Positions 15,627 to 24,010 of a stretch of 37,246 bases of DNA are shown here, piece by piece. How positions within the stretch are numbered: position 1 is the stretch's first letter; every line of letters starts with the position of its first letter. Source of the stretch: Patescibacteria group bacterium (GTDB lineage Bacteria; Patescibacteriota; Microgenomatia; UBA10105; UBA927); the NCBI GenBank assembly GCA_038062795.1, contig JBBTWM010000013.1:1-37246 (forward strand), in the 5' to 3' direction. The notes below the pieces were generated by a model. That model was not told the DNA's origin and did no database searches. It saw only the letters and a program-made list of their open reading frames with translations. A program made the position numbers and the translations under genes.

Positions 15627-16493
15627 TTAATGTCCGAACGCTGACTGACTGTATATGACCGAATCAAATATGGAAAGCGGCGCGCGATATTGTTGAAAAA
15701 CTATCACCTTACGACTTACTCCCGTACCCGTGGACCCTACTGATTCAATTTGATTGCCTTGCTTGGGCAACCCCGGCGATCCGCCGCCTAAAGCAATCGT
15801 CGTATCGGCATACACCGGACGGATCCGCAGCGCCAATAAGGTATCAGCGTTAACTCCGGTCGGCGTAATCCCTAATGGCGCAAAATTGATCACCTTACGA
15901 TAGTAACTCAATCCGCAACCATCTATCGTGATACCCGTGTCATCAAAATTATTATTGTTTGTGGCTGCATTCGGATCGACTGCCATCCTGGCCACCTGAT
16001 AGGTTGCGTCGGTTCCTTCCTTATAAAAAACCGTGACAACAAGTCCTGCTGCTGGATCCGGAGCAATTTCGGGACTCCAGCAAAGCACTATGCTGCCCGC
16101 AGTGTAATACGGTGTTTCGTCAAGTAATCCCGTAGTCTGATCATGTTCAACGAGCCAAATGGTCTCCGTGACGTTCTGTGGTGTTTGATGCGGAAGCTGA
16201 TATACTCCTGCAGCACCTCCTATAGCATTGACGGTCACGTCATACGTAACCCCTGAGGTCAATACAGAAGGTCCGTTGGTTCCCAAACCCGATTTAAGCG
16301 CTTGTTCTATTCCTGCCTCAGCAGCATTGAATGCCCTGGTGGATTCCTCTAATTGGTTACTCATAGACAAGTCGATAGTGGCCCGTCCGATGAGGGAGAG
16401 TGCGATCGTCGTCGCAACGGTCAAAACCAGAAGGGTAATAAGCAGTATTTGCCCCTGCACAAATACGGTATTTTTTTGCATCATATTCCTCAT
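15627..16493 (-). CDS. PilX-like large pilus-associated protein (hydrophobic N-terminus, no Glu5)
   Basis: N-terminus QKNTVFVQGQILLITLLVLTVATTIALSLIG, then SNQLEESTRAFNAAEAGIEQAL, as in PilX_N-type proteins. It follows four pilin-like genes. Confidence 0.55.
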   Translation of the reverse strand: MRNMMQKNTVFVQGQILLITLLVLTVATTIALSLIGRATIDLSMSNQLEESTRAFNAAEAGIEQALKSGLGTNGPSVLTSGVTYDVTVNAIGGAAGVYQLPHQTPQNVTETIWLVEHDQTTGLLDETPYYTAGSIVLCWSPEIAPDPAAGLVVTVFYKEGTDATYQVARMAVDPNAATNNNNFDDTGITIDGCGLSYYRKVINFAPLGITPTGVNADTLLALRIRPVYADTTIALGGGSPGLPKQGNQIESVGSTGTGVSRKVIVFQQYRAPLSIFDSVIYSQSAFGH

Positions 16494-16537
16494 ACATCTA
16501 TTGTTATATATTTTCTACGACTTGGCAAGATCGTGGC

Positions 16538-17089
16538 TTACTGCGCAATATTTCTCATCCCGGCAGTTGTTTGGAACATTTCACTGGATTGTTCAAATAC
16601 CCCCCCAGTCACACCGGATTGCGCGAGTTGAAACGAAATGGTGACGCTGGACGACACACCGGTGCCTCCTTTGCACACAAATTCAAGACTGCTTGTTATA
16701 CAGCTTGACCCTCCCATGGTGATATTGGGTGTCGTGAGATATTGCACTCCCTGGGCACTGGTTGAAGCGAGTCTCGTTGTCGAACCATCCAGCACACATC
16801 CAAGCGTCGTTTGACCATCATCCGGATTTATAAGAACTATCGATTGATTCGTGGTGCCGGCGTAATCACAGGTCGTTATGACACTTTTCGCACTTTGAAT
16901 TAAGCGCGCCATGGTTTCGAGAGACATTTCACCGGTTTGTTTGATGTCTTTGAGAATTTCTGTCTTGGTATTGGTCCGAAGTGTCACGATAAACACTTGA
17001 CTGAGCACGGTGGAGATAATTGCAACGATAGCAAGGGAAACGACCATTTCCAAGAGGGTAAAACCTGACTGTTGCCGTATTCGTTTCAT
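16538..17089 (-). CDS. Minor pilin / pseudopilin with prepilin N-terminal cleavage-methylation motif
   Basis: MKRIRQQSG|FTLLEMVVSLAIVAIISTVL: G-1, F+1, E+5 and a hydrophobic helix. Confidence 0.8.
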   Translation of the reverse strand: MKRIRQQSGFTLLEMVVSLAIVAIISTVLSQVFIVTLRTNTKTEILKDIKQTGEMSLETMARLIQSAKSVITTCDYAGTTNQSIVLINPDDGQTTLGCVLDGSTTRLASTSAQGVQYLTTPNITMGGSSCITSSLEFVCKGGTGVSSSVTISFQLAQSGVTGGVFEQSSEMFQTTAGMRNIAQ

Positions 17090-17099
17090 ACTATTGCAG

Positions 17100-17546
17100 C
17101 TATTTCCATTTGGTAAAATATGTTTTTAGTTCCACGGTAGACGGCGTTGTTCGTTCACCCCAGGAAACGGTCACGGTTACTTCCATTCTCGGATCATTCC
17201 ACACAAAACTCACGCGGCGCCAATAATTACTCCCCGCGTTAAGAGGGCAGACTCCGCTTGCATCGTCGACTGTCCATGCACCAATCTCATTGAGACACCA
17301 CCTGCCAGTCCCGTCGCTATACGCCTGAAATATGGTCCATATATTGATGTCACGAAGCTTCCGGGTCAACTCCAACCCTTCCTGAGCATATTTCACCCCG
17401 CGGCTACGCAAACGGGTTGCCTGACTATACCTAAGCGAGGCAGTCACTGCGGAAACGAGGGCGGTCATAACAATTGCTACCACACCTATGGCTACCATCA
17501 ACTCCAATAACGTTTGGCCGCTAGCACCGGACAGCTTTTTTCTCAT
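17100..17546 (-). CDS. Minor pilin / pseudopilin (variant class III signal)
   Basis: MRKKLSGASG|QTLLELMVAIGVVAIVMTAL: Gly-1 and Glu+5 conserved, Gln at +1. Confidence 0.7.
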   Translation of the reverse strand: MRKKLSGASGQTLLELMVAIGVVAIVMTALVSAVTASLRYSQATRLRSRGVKYAQEGLELTRKLRDINIWTIFQAYSDGTGRWCLNEIGAWTVDDASGVCPLNAGSNYWRRVSFVWNDPRMEVTVTVSWGERTTPSTVELKTYFTKWK

Positions 17547-17549
17547 AGG

Positions 17550-18017
17550 TTAGAACCCGATTACCCGAACGCCCCCATTCGGAGATATCACCAAACTATA
17601 ACTGAGTATTCCATTCGTTAACCTGATCGCGGTATCTGTAATAATAGTGTCCGTATTAGACCGAGTCAAAAACGTAAAAGCTGAGGGAATGGGGGAAAAC
17701 GTAACTCCAACGGGAAGAGTAATGCTTTCCGAAGACCCCACGACTCCCTCCGGAATGCACTGATGCTGCATAGAGTAGGATGTACTCGTAAAGCTTATAT
17801 GCATGCCTTGGTACGTCGTGCAGCCCGATAAAGGCTTCTGTGCGGAAATCGCTTTTGTTTGGCTAAATCGTAAATAAGATTTGAGCGTCAAGGCAGTTTG
17901 TTTGAGGCGTTCACGGCGATTGAACGTAGTGAAACTGGCAATGCCTAACCCTAATACCGTAACCAATATGGTGATAACAATAAGGAGCTCAATAAGGGTA
18001 AATCCGTACTTCCTCAT
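17550..18017 (-). CDS. Minor pilin / pseudopilin (GspH/FimT-like)
   Basis: MRKYG|FTLIELLIVITILVTVLGLGIASF. ATG 18017 overlaps the upstream gene's stop (ATGA). The track's longer N-terminus is not pilin-like. Confidence 0.75.
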   Translation of the reverse strand: MRKYGFTLIELLIVITILVTVLGLGIASFTTFNRRERLKQTALTLKSYLRFSQTKAISAQKPLSGCTTYQGMHISFTSTSYSMQHQCIPEGVVGSSESITLPVGVTFSPIPSAFTFLTRSNTDTIITDTAIRLTNGILSYSLVISPNGGVRVIGF

Positions 18018-18475
18018 GGATTTTTTACACCATATGTTTGTCCGGTTGATGGTGTGCAGGTATCGGTCGGATTTTCGCTTTCTAAGAGCACACTCAAACA
18101 ATACCCGTAATAGGCTCCTCCTGAAGGGTTTGATGCGACATACATATAGGTTTGTGTCGATTTCGGGTCCCTTGGCACGACAGAAAGATAGGTGGACACG
18201 AGCGACGGGGTCAACCCAATGAGTGCATCCGTCGCACTGGAGGCGGCGACCCAGCTTCCGCTACCTGCAGAAGGATATGACCCGTTATCAGCCCGATACA
18301 TTTCTAAAGCGGATCGAATTTGTTCAATATCACTTTTTCGTTTGGTATCCCGCGACTGCCTATTTATCGTGGCATACGAAGCGACGCCAATAGCAATCAG
18401 AATCGCGATAATAGAAACCGTAATAAGAAGTTCCACAAGAGAAAACCCGGAGTTTTTTGTTCGTTGTACCTTCAT
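18014..18475 (-). CDS. GspG/PulG-like pilin (major-pilin candidate 2)
   Basis: MKVQRTKNSG|FSLVELLITVSIIAILIAIGVASY followed by RDTKRKSDIEQIRSALEMY (the GspG-type R-D-x-x-R...D...I..ALE.Y helix). ATG 18475 overlaps the pilD stop (ATGA). Confidence 0.85.
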   Translation of the reverse strand: MKVQRTKNSGFSLVELLITVSIIAILIAIGVASYATINRQSRDTKRKSDIEQIRSALEMYRADNGSYPSAGSGSWVAASSATDALIGLTPSLVSTYLSVVPRDPKSTQTYMYVASNPSGGAYYGYCLSVLLESENPTDTCTPSTGQTYGVKNP

Positions 18476-19221
18476 AAGAGCATATAAAACCACGCGAGTA
18501 TCCGTTCACCCAGTACAATTGCGCAAAGTGCGCCCGCGATAAGAAACGGACCAAAGGCGATGCGCGTTTTCATCTTCGCACGGTTGGTTACTATCAGTAT
18601 GACACCGGTAGTTGCCCCGGTCAAGAAAGCGACATAGAGAGCCACAACCGTAAGCGGGTATCCAAGCAGTAACCCAATCAAGAGAACTAATTTGACATCC
18701 CCAAACCCCAACCCGCGGCCGCGCGTAATGACCCAAAGCGAAAAAAATCCCAACGCGCTCATGACTCCTGCGAGGATATGCTCTAAGAGCAATGCGGGCG
18801 GTAGGGGAATAGCCAGGATGAGCAGTGCTATCGCGATACCAATAAGCGCCCCATCGGGAATTATCTGATGGTTAAGGTCGATAAAAAATATGACAACGGA
18901 CATCGAAAAAATAATAAGCGTGAGCACATAGTACAGAGGCGTTACCCCGGCGTACGGCAACAAGAGGACAAACCCGCTTGCTGTCAGAAGTTCTATGAGT
19001 GGATATTGCATCGGAAGGCGTTTCTTACACCGACGGCATTTCCCGCCCTGAGCCAAAAATGACACAAGCGGAAACAACTCAAACCATCGCAGGGGTTTTT
19101 TACAGAAATCACAGTGGGACGGTTTCCAGATGAAATTTTCTCCCCGGGGAATACGATCAATAAGCACATTGAGGAATGAACCGACGACCAGCCCGAAAAG
19201 AATGGCCAATAGAAAAACCAT
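18472..19221 (-). CDS. pilD: Prepilin peptidase / N-methyltransferase (A24 family)
   Basis: MVFLLAILFGLVVGSFLNVLIDRIP, Cys cluster CDFC...CRRC, and polytopic membrane domains with GFGDVKL (the catalytic Asp motif G-x-G-D). The start is chosen at ATG 19221 rather than 19299. Confidence 0.9.
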   Translation of the reverse strand: MVFLLAILFGLVVGSFLNVLIDRIPRGENFIWKPSHCDFCKKPLRWFELFPLVSFLAQGGKCRRCKKRLPMQYPLIELLTASGFVLLLPYAGVTPLYYVLTLIIFSMSVVIFFIDLNHQIIPDGALIGIAIALLILAIPLPPALLLEHILAGVMSALGFFSLWVITRGRGLGFGDVKLVLLIGLLLGYPLTVVALYVAFLTGATTGVILIVTNRAKMKTRIAFGPFLIAGALCAIVLGERILAWFYMLL

Positions 19222-19299
19222 GGTACCAGTATCCAGGAAGTTGTACAAACAATCAAGGGCGTTGCGGCTCTCGGGAAAAAAAAGTAGACTTACCCACAT

Positions 19300-21534
19300 A
19301 TGCGAAGAGTTTGGGCTGATGGCATCGGACTGAGTTCACTCCTGCTTTTGGTCACCATTTTTTTCTTTCGGTTGTTTTACCCCGTACCGAGCCTGATCGT
19401 AACCCCTGACTATGGCAGAAGCGACGCCTGGCATTTTAGCTTTGCGACGAAGTATGTCTTGTCGGAATCACTCAAATCCAATTCACTGCCGTTGTGGCGA
19501 AATGACATCGGTGATGGATTTCCATTATTTGCGGAAGGGCAAACCGGAGCATTGTTCTTACCGAATATTGTATTATTCCGTTTTCTCCCGCCGGTTATCG
19601 CTTACAACACTGCGCTGATGTTTGCGGTGCTTCTGATGGGCATAGGCATGTACGTATGGAGCCGCATCATGAAATTCTCTGTACTTGGAAGTTGGTTTGT
19701 CGCTGTATCGGTGACATTTTCTGGTCTTTCGATGACGCAACTTACGCATATCACCCTGCTGCAGGGCATGAGTATGCTGCCGGTTATTGCCGCACTAAGC
19801 ATAGCCGTGACCACTCTGGGCCCGTATCCGTGGACCGGGTTCCTCGCGTTTGCCGTAGCACAGCAAATTGCGGCAGGATTTCCTCAGGCAACATTTCTCA
19901 CGCTGGTTATTTCCTCAGTATTCGTAGGATATTTTTCTCTATCACAAAAAAAATGGAAATCCTGCGCATTCTGGATTATCGGGATACTGCTTGGAATAGC
20001 AGGAGGGGCCGCGCAAATACTGCCTTCATGGGAATTCCTAAAAGCCGGCACCGACCCCGGAGGGTTTGCTCCGACTATCTCTACGATGTATTCCATGCCG
20101 ATAAAACACCTCATAAGCTTCATACTTCCGTTTGCCCTGGGCAATCCGAAATACGGGACTTACCCGCCGTTCTACGCATTTGACGGAAGTATATTTTGGG
20201 AAAATACTGCATACATCGGAATCCTCCCGATCCTGCTTTCGGCAGCAGGTCTGTTATTCCTACGCAAGGACCGGTTTATAATATTTTTGTTACTGCTAAG
20301 CGTTTCTGCCCTGATGTTAGCCGGGGGCAAGTATGCACCAACCTATATTCTTTTTAGTGTCTGGCCGCTGACGCTTTTCCGTGTACCCGCACGATTCCTC
20401 TGGATTGCTAGTATTGCGATTGCCATGATAGGGGCAGTGGTGATAGACCGCGTGAGTCATCAAGCGCGCACTCAATGGATGTACCTCCTGATTGGTATAG
20501 CACTGCTGTTGCATGGCGCGCAACTTTTAAACACCTGGTGGTCCTATCATCTTATTGAGCCTGCGAGTATTTGGATGAACACACCCACTTTATCAGCATC
20601 TATTGGCTCCGAAAGAATAATCACGATTGGACACGGAGTGGCGCATAATCGCATCATGACCGGATCCGGATGGAGTAACGCGAAACCATATCGTTTTCTA
20701 CGGGAGGGAATTGCTCCGGACAGCAATATGCTCTGGCACGTATCCCAACATAACGTATACGCGGGCCGATACCTTAAACGTCCCTCTCTTACGGACAGCT
20801 TACTTTCAGACGCAATCAAAACGGATGAACATACAGCAACAATTTCCGCGGTAAAATTTTTGGATTTTTTTTCCATACGGCACGTGCTTTCGTTTCTGCC
20901 GCTTGATGCCCCGGGGCTTATACGGACGGCTCACAGGAACGAAGGGGATACTGACCTTACACTCTACACCAACCCACATGCGTTGCCGCGGGCATATCTT
21001 ACTCATGAGGCGACGGCAGCAGCTACCCTCACCGAGGCCATACACACACTCACCGGTCCAAATTTTACCCCGGGAGAATCCGTACTCTTAGAGCAGCATG
21101 AGATTATAAAAAATCCACGGCTTACTAAATTTCTTACGCGTACAGACGATGCATCGCGCATTCTGGAAAACAATACCGTCGCCTGGGAACAAGACGAGCA
21201 GACAGCTATACGACTGACCGTTGAGGCATCCGCAGACGCGTTGCTTATCCTCACCGATACCTATTATCCGGGTTGGCATGCACGCATCGATGGGGAAGCG
21301 ACCCAGCTATACGCCGCCAATCTTTCCCAACGGGCGATCATGGTTCCCAAAGGCATACACACGGTCACCTTTTTCTACCGGCCCGTGAGTCTTGTCTGGG
21401 GTCTTATCATAAGTGCAATAAGCGCGCTGCTTACAGTGATTCTAATGATTGTTCTGAAGCTTTCCGGAGGCGCTCATATTCAGAAAAAAGTACAGCCGCC
21501 CGTTTCTCGTCACCCACGCATTCGCGGTAGGTAA
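19300..21534 (+). CDS. YfhO-like polytopic membrane glycosyltransferase (GT-C type)
   Basis: 744 aa. Many TM helices in the N-terminal two-thirds, a large extracytoplasmic C-terminal domain ending TDTYYPGWHARIDGEATQLY...VTFFYRP, and a final TM helix, as I recall for the YfhO family. Confidence 0.7.
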   Translation: MRRVWADGIGLSSLLLLVTIFFFRLFYPVPSLIVTPDYGRSDAWHFSFATKYVLSESLKSNSLPLWRNDIGDGFPLFAEGQTGALFLPNIVLFRFLPPVIAYNTALMFAVLLMGIGMYVWSRIMKFSVLGSWFVAVSVTFSGLSMTQLTHITLLQGMSMLPVIAALSIAVTTLGPYPWTGFLAFAVAQQIAAGFPQATFLTLVISSVFVGYFSLSQKKWKSCAFWIIGILLGIAGGAAQILPSWEFLKAGTDPGGFAPTISTMYSMPIKHLISFILPFALGNPKYGTYPPFYAFDGSIFWENTAYIGILPILLSAAGLLFLRKDRFIIFLLLLSVSALMLAGGKYAPTYILFSVWPLTLFRVPARFLWIASIAIAMIGAVVIDRVSHQARTQWMYLLIGIALLLHGAQLLNTWWSYHLIEPASIWMNTPTLSASIGSERIITIGHGVAHNRIMTGSGWSNAKPYRFLREGIAPDSNMLWHVSQHNVYAGRYLKRPSLTDSLLSDAIKTDEHTATISAVKFLDFFSIRHVLSFLPLDAPGLIRTAHRNEGDTDLTLYTNPHALPRAYLTHEATAAATLTEAIHTLTGPNFTPGESVLLEQHEIIKNPRLTKFLTRTDDASRILENNTVAWEQDEQTAIRLTVEASADALLILTDTYYPGWHARIDGEATQLYAANLSQRAIMVPKGIHTVTFFYRPVSLVWGLIISAISALLTVILMIVLKLSGGAHIQKKVQPPVSRHPRIRGR

Positions 21535-23443
21535 GAGACTCCAGACGGATATGGGCAGCAGACGGAGCAAACGAGCGGGTTTTGGCTTCCTGAAAGGAAC
21601 GAAGGGCCCCGTCACAGTCTTTCATATATAACTGCGTGAGGCCTAATAATTCATACGCTTCGATGATGCTGGTATCCCCATCGAGGGATGCCGCCTCGGT
21701 AAATTCTTTTTTCGCTTCTTCCCACTTATCCGCCCGGACCAATGTTTTGCCTAATGCAATATGTCCGCTCGCATACACGTCCAGCACATCAGAAAGCATG
21801 AGGTGGGGATAGCGGGAAAGGATGCCTGTGCGTGGGTTATGCATACCCGCTGCTATGAGAGACGCCCGTGCAGACATATCCGCAACCAGCGGAAGCTGTG
21901 CTGAAGGTATGGCCTCATAAAGCAAGCCCCGCGGCACCCAGTACCATCCCTCACCGACGGGGAGGGTGATATTACTAAATATTCGTATCGCCGGCGAGCT
22001 GTTTGCCTTTATAAAGGCTGCAAGAAATTCCGTTTGCGTGACGTTTGGCATAATAAGCCGGGGAAAATGCTTGCTTAACACAATCCGGTAATCCGGTTGT
22101 GCAAGCCGGGCAGCATGGATAACCGCGGTGTCCACACGCACTCCCAACACATAACGCACGTACTGCGTCGTAAAAAGTGCCGTATCCTGGGAAAGTAAGA
22201 GGATTGCGTCCGAAGGCGCATTGGCGAGAATATCCCGGCCAAGATTTTCGGCGGTACGGTCATTCGGGAGCCCCCAAAACCTCCAGAGCGTGATCGCTCC
22301 CAGGGTAAGCGGGTACATCATGCCGATCATACCGATCAGAACAATCACAATACGCCGCTTCTTCCTGTCCATATATGGCCGCAACGCCTGTTGAGCAGCA
22401 TCCAGAACACGCGCAAACCCTACTGCGCACAGCACGGCAATCAAGATATAACCGGGCAACAAAAACCGCTCATAGGTCCCAAGGGTAAAACGGCTGGCCA
22501 AAGGAAAACTTGCATAAAAGAAGAAGGCCGGTCCGCTCAAAAGCCACGCGAGTATCCAGGTCCAAAACCGCACGCGCATCGTTTTCCACCACGCATATAA
22601 TCCGACACCGGACAGCGCCACTCCGATCACGGTCCAGTCCGTCATCAAAAATGTAATATACGCCACGATAGCTAACCAGCGCTCCCACAGTGTTTGACCA
22701 ATGGAACCGCCGGAAACGAAGGTGCCATAATCCGCCCGGCTTATCAGCCGCCAAAACGCTTCCCAGCTTACCACGCGGTCCCAATTGATTATCGGGTCAC
22801 GGATTGCAGCCAGCGGAATGTAGACATACGGAAGCAATCCGAGAGCAAACCATCCGGCGCACCAAAGCCATTCATGAAGTCGAAATTTTTGACCAACCAA
22901 CAACGACCGGTTACCCCACAAAAAATAAACCACCGCAGGTACGAAAAAAAGCATCACATGGTGGTGGGAAAGCGACAGACCAAACACAAAGCTTGCAAAA
23001 TACAGATAGCGTATGTACGATCGTTCCTGCCAGACAAACAACACATACCAAAGCAACACAACAAACAAATCAAACAAGGCAAAAACCTCCGGCGTAACGC
23101 TATAGAGAAAGAAAAGGTAATTGGCAACCAATGTTGCCGCACCGAATATACTCGCCCATACATTCTTGCGCGTGACCCGATATATCAGTGCATACACGAG
23201 GCCAACGGTAGCTGCATGGGACAACGACGAAAGCAGCGTGACGCGCCAGGATGGCGTAAAAAGGGGAACGTATGAAGCCAACCATCCGAGCCAGGTATAC
23301 AACGGGTACCCCGGCGGATGGGGGATGCCTCCTACGACAGCTGCGGTAACCAAATCACCGCTATCGCCGGTATAAATTCCCTTTGCCTGAAACAGTAGGA
23401 ACACAATACCGGAAAGTGCACCAGCAATCCATGAACCAATCAT
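21431..23443 (-). CDS. DUF2723/TMEM260-like GT-C glycosyltransferase with C-terminal TPR-like region
   Basis: N-terminal GDSGDLVTAAVVGGIPHPPGYPLY motif (DUF2723 hallmark), more than 10 TM helices, and C-terminal helical repeats (KWEEAKKEFTEAASLDGD..AYELLGLTQLYMKDCDGALRSFQEA). Confidence 0.7.
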   Translation of the reverse strand: MIGSWIAGALSGIVFLLFQAKGIYTGDSGDLVTAAVVGGIPHPPGYPLYTWLGWLASYVPLFTPSWRVTLLSSLSHAATVGLVYALIYRVTRKNVWASIFGAATLVANYLFFLYSVTPEVFALFDLFVVLLWYVLFVWQERSYIRYLYFASFVFGLSLSHHHVMLFFVPAVVYFLWGNRSLLVGQKFRLHEWLWCAGWFALGLLPYVYIPLAAIRDPIINWDRVVSWEAFWRLISRADYGTFVSGGSIGQTLWERWLAIVAYITFLMTDWTVIGVALSGVGLYAWWKTMRVRFWTWILAWLLSGPAFFFYASFPLASRFTLGTYERFLLPGYILIAVLCAVGFARVLDAAQQALRPYMDRKKRRIVIVLIGMIGMMYPLTLGAITLWRFWGLPNDRTAENLGRDILANAPSDAILLLSQDTALFTTQYVRYVLGVRVDTAVIHAARLAQPDYRIVLSKHFPRLIMPNVTQTEFLAAFIKANSSPAIRIFSNITLPVGEGWYWVPRGLLYEAIPSAQLPLVADMSARASLIAAGMHNPRTGILSRYPHLMLSDVLDVYASGHIALGKTLVRADKWEEAKKEFTEAASLDGDTSIIEAYELLGLTQLYMKDCDGALRSFQEAKTRSFAPSAAHIRLESLTYRECVGDEKRAAVLFSEYERLRKASEQSLESL

Positions 23444-23449
23444 GAAGAA

Positions 23450-23458
23450 ATTATAGCA
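23450..23458 (-). promoter_or_regulatory. Extended -10 element TGCTATAAT immediately upstream of the DUF2723-like gene
   Basis: On the minus strand, TGcTATAAT occupies 23458-23450 and its hexamer ends 6 nt before the ATG at 23443. There is no Shine-Dalgarno, so it implies a leaderless transcript. There is no good -35. Confidence 0.3.
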
Positions 23459-23480
23459 GAGTCAGAACGTATGATACGGA

Positions 23481-23993
23481 TTACTGGATACAGAACCAGC
23501 AGTCAGATCCGGCTGTTCCTGTTGTTTGGGATTTGCAGGCGACACCGCTTGTCGCACCGCTGGAGTCATAAATAGTATTTAAGTCTTCCTGAAACGCTTT
23601 GGACTCCGGCTTATAGCAGGCGGAGATATGCTCAGAGCTTGTCGAATTCACATATATTTTTGCCAAATTGCCGCTCCCTGCCAATTCCTGGAATCTGTTC
23701 TTCAATTCTCCCACGGTAATTAGTTCCGCTATCGTGCTGGTAAAGCCCGGATATAATAACCCTGCTGACCCGCTGGTTCCCCAGAAAAATTCGCCTTTGG
23801 TCGCATAATAGCGAAGATTCGCATTATAAAATTCTGATACGGTATTCCGCAAGCTTGTATCACGGCCTTTTTTCAGTTGTTCAAACGGATCAATGGTGGC
23901 AAGTAATCCGACCGCCAGCGCCCCTAACAAGGCGATGACGATAAGAAGTTCGATCAGGGTAAAACCTTTATTTTGGACAAAATAATTTCTCAT
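23481..23993 (-). CDS. Type IV pilin (major-pilin candidate 1), Ser/Thr-rich Cys-bracketed C-terminus
   Basis: MRNYFVQNKG|FTLIELLIVIALLGALAVGLLATI class III signal. The C-terminus is ..SSGATSGVACKSQTTGTAGSDCWFCIQ. The gene lies directly downstream of pilB-pilT-pilC. Confidence 0.85.
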   Translation of the reverse strand: MRNYFVQNKGFTLIELLIVIALLGALAVGLLATIDPFEQLKKGRDTSLRNTVSEFYNANLRYYATKGEFFWGTSGSAGLLYPGFTSTIAELITVGELKNRFQELAGSGNLAKIYVNSTSSEHISACYKPESKAFQEDLNTIYDSSGATSGVACKSQTTGTAGSDCWFCIQ

Positions 23994-24010
23994 ATGATTT
24001 AGGTTTATCA

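Noticed and set aside
19222-19299. A longer PilD starting at ATG 19299, forming a back-to-back CATATG with the YfhO-like start at 19300.
   Set aside because: That would leave zero intergenic DNA for two divergent promoters. The extra 26 residues (MWVSLLFFPESRNALDCLYNFLDTGT) precede the canonical prepilin-peptidase N-terminus MVFLLAILFGLVVGSFLNV. The start at 19221 is preferred but not proven.
22694-23275. Long antisense ORFs inside confirmed genes (for example 22694-23275 +, 3177-3554 -, 5363-5854 -, 29195-29599 -, 31287-31706 -, 31763-32197 -).
   Set aside because: All lie fully inside strongly supported genes on the opposite strand. They have low-complexity, Arg/Ser/Cys-rich translations with no recognisable motifs, which is the typical pattern of shadow ORFs.
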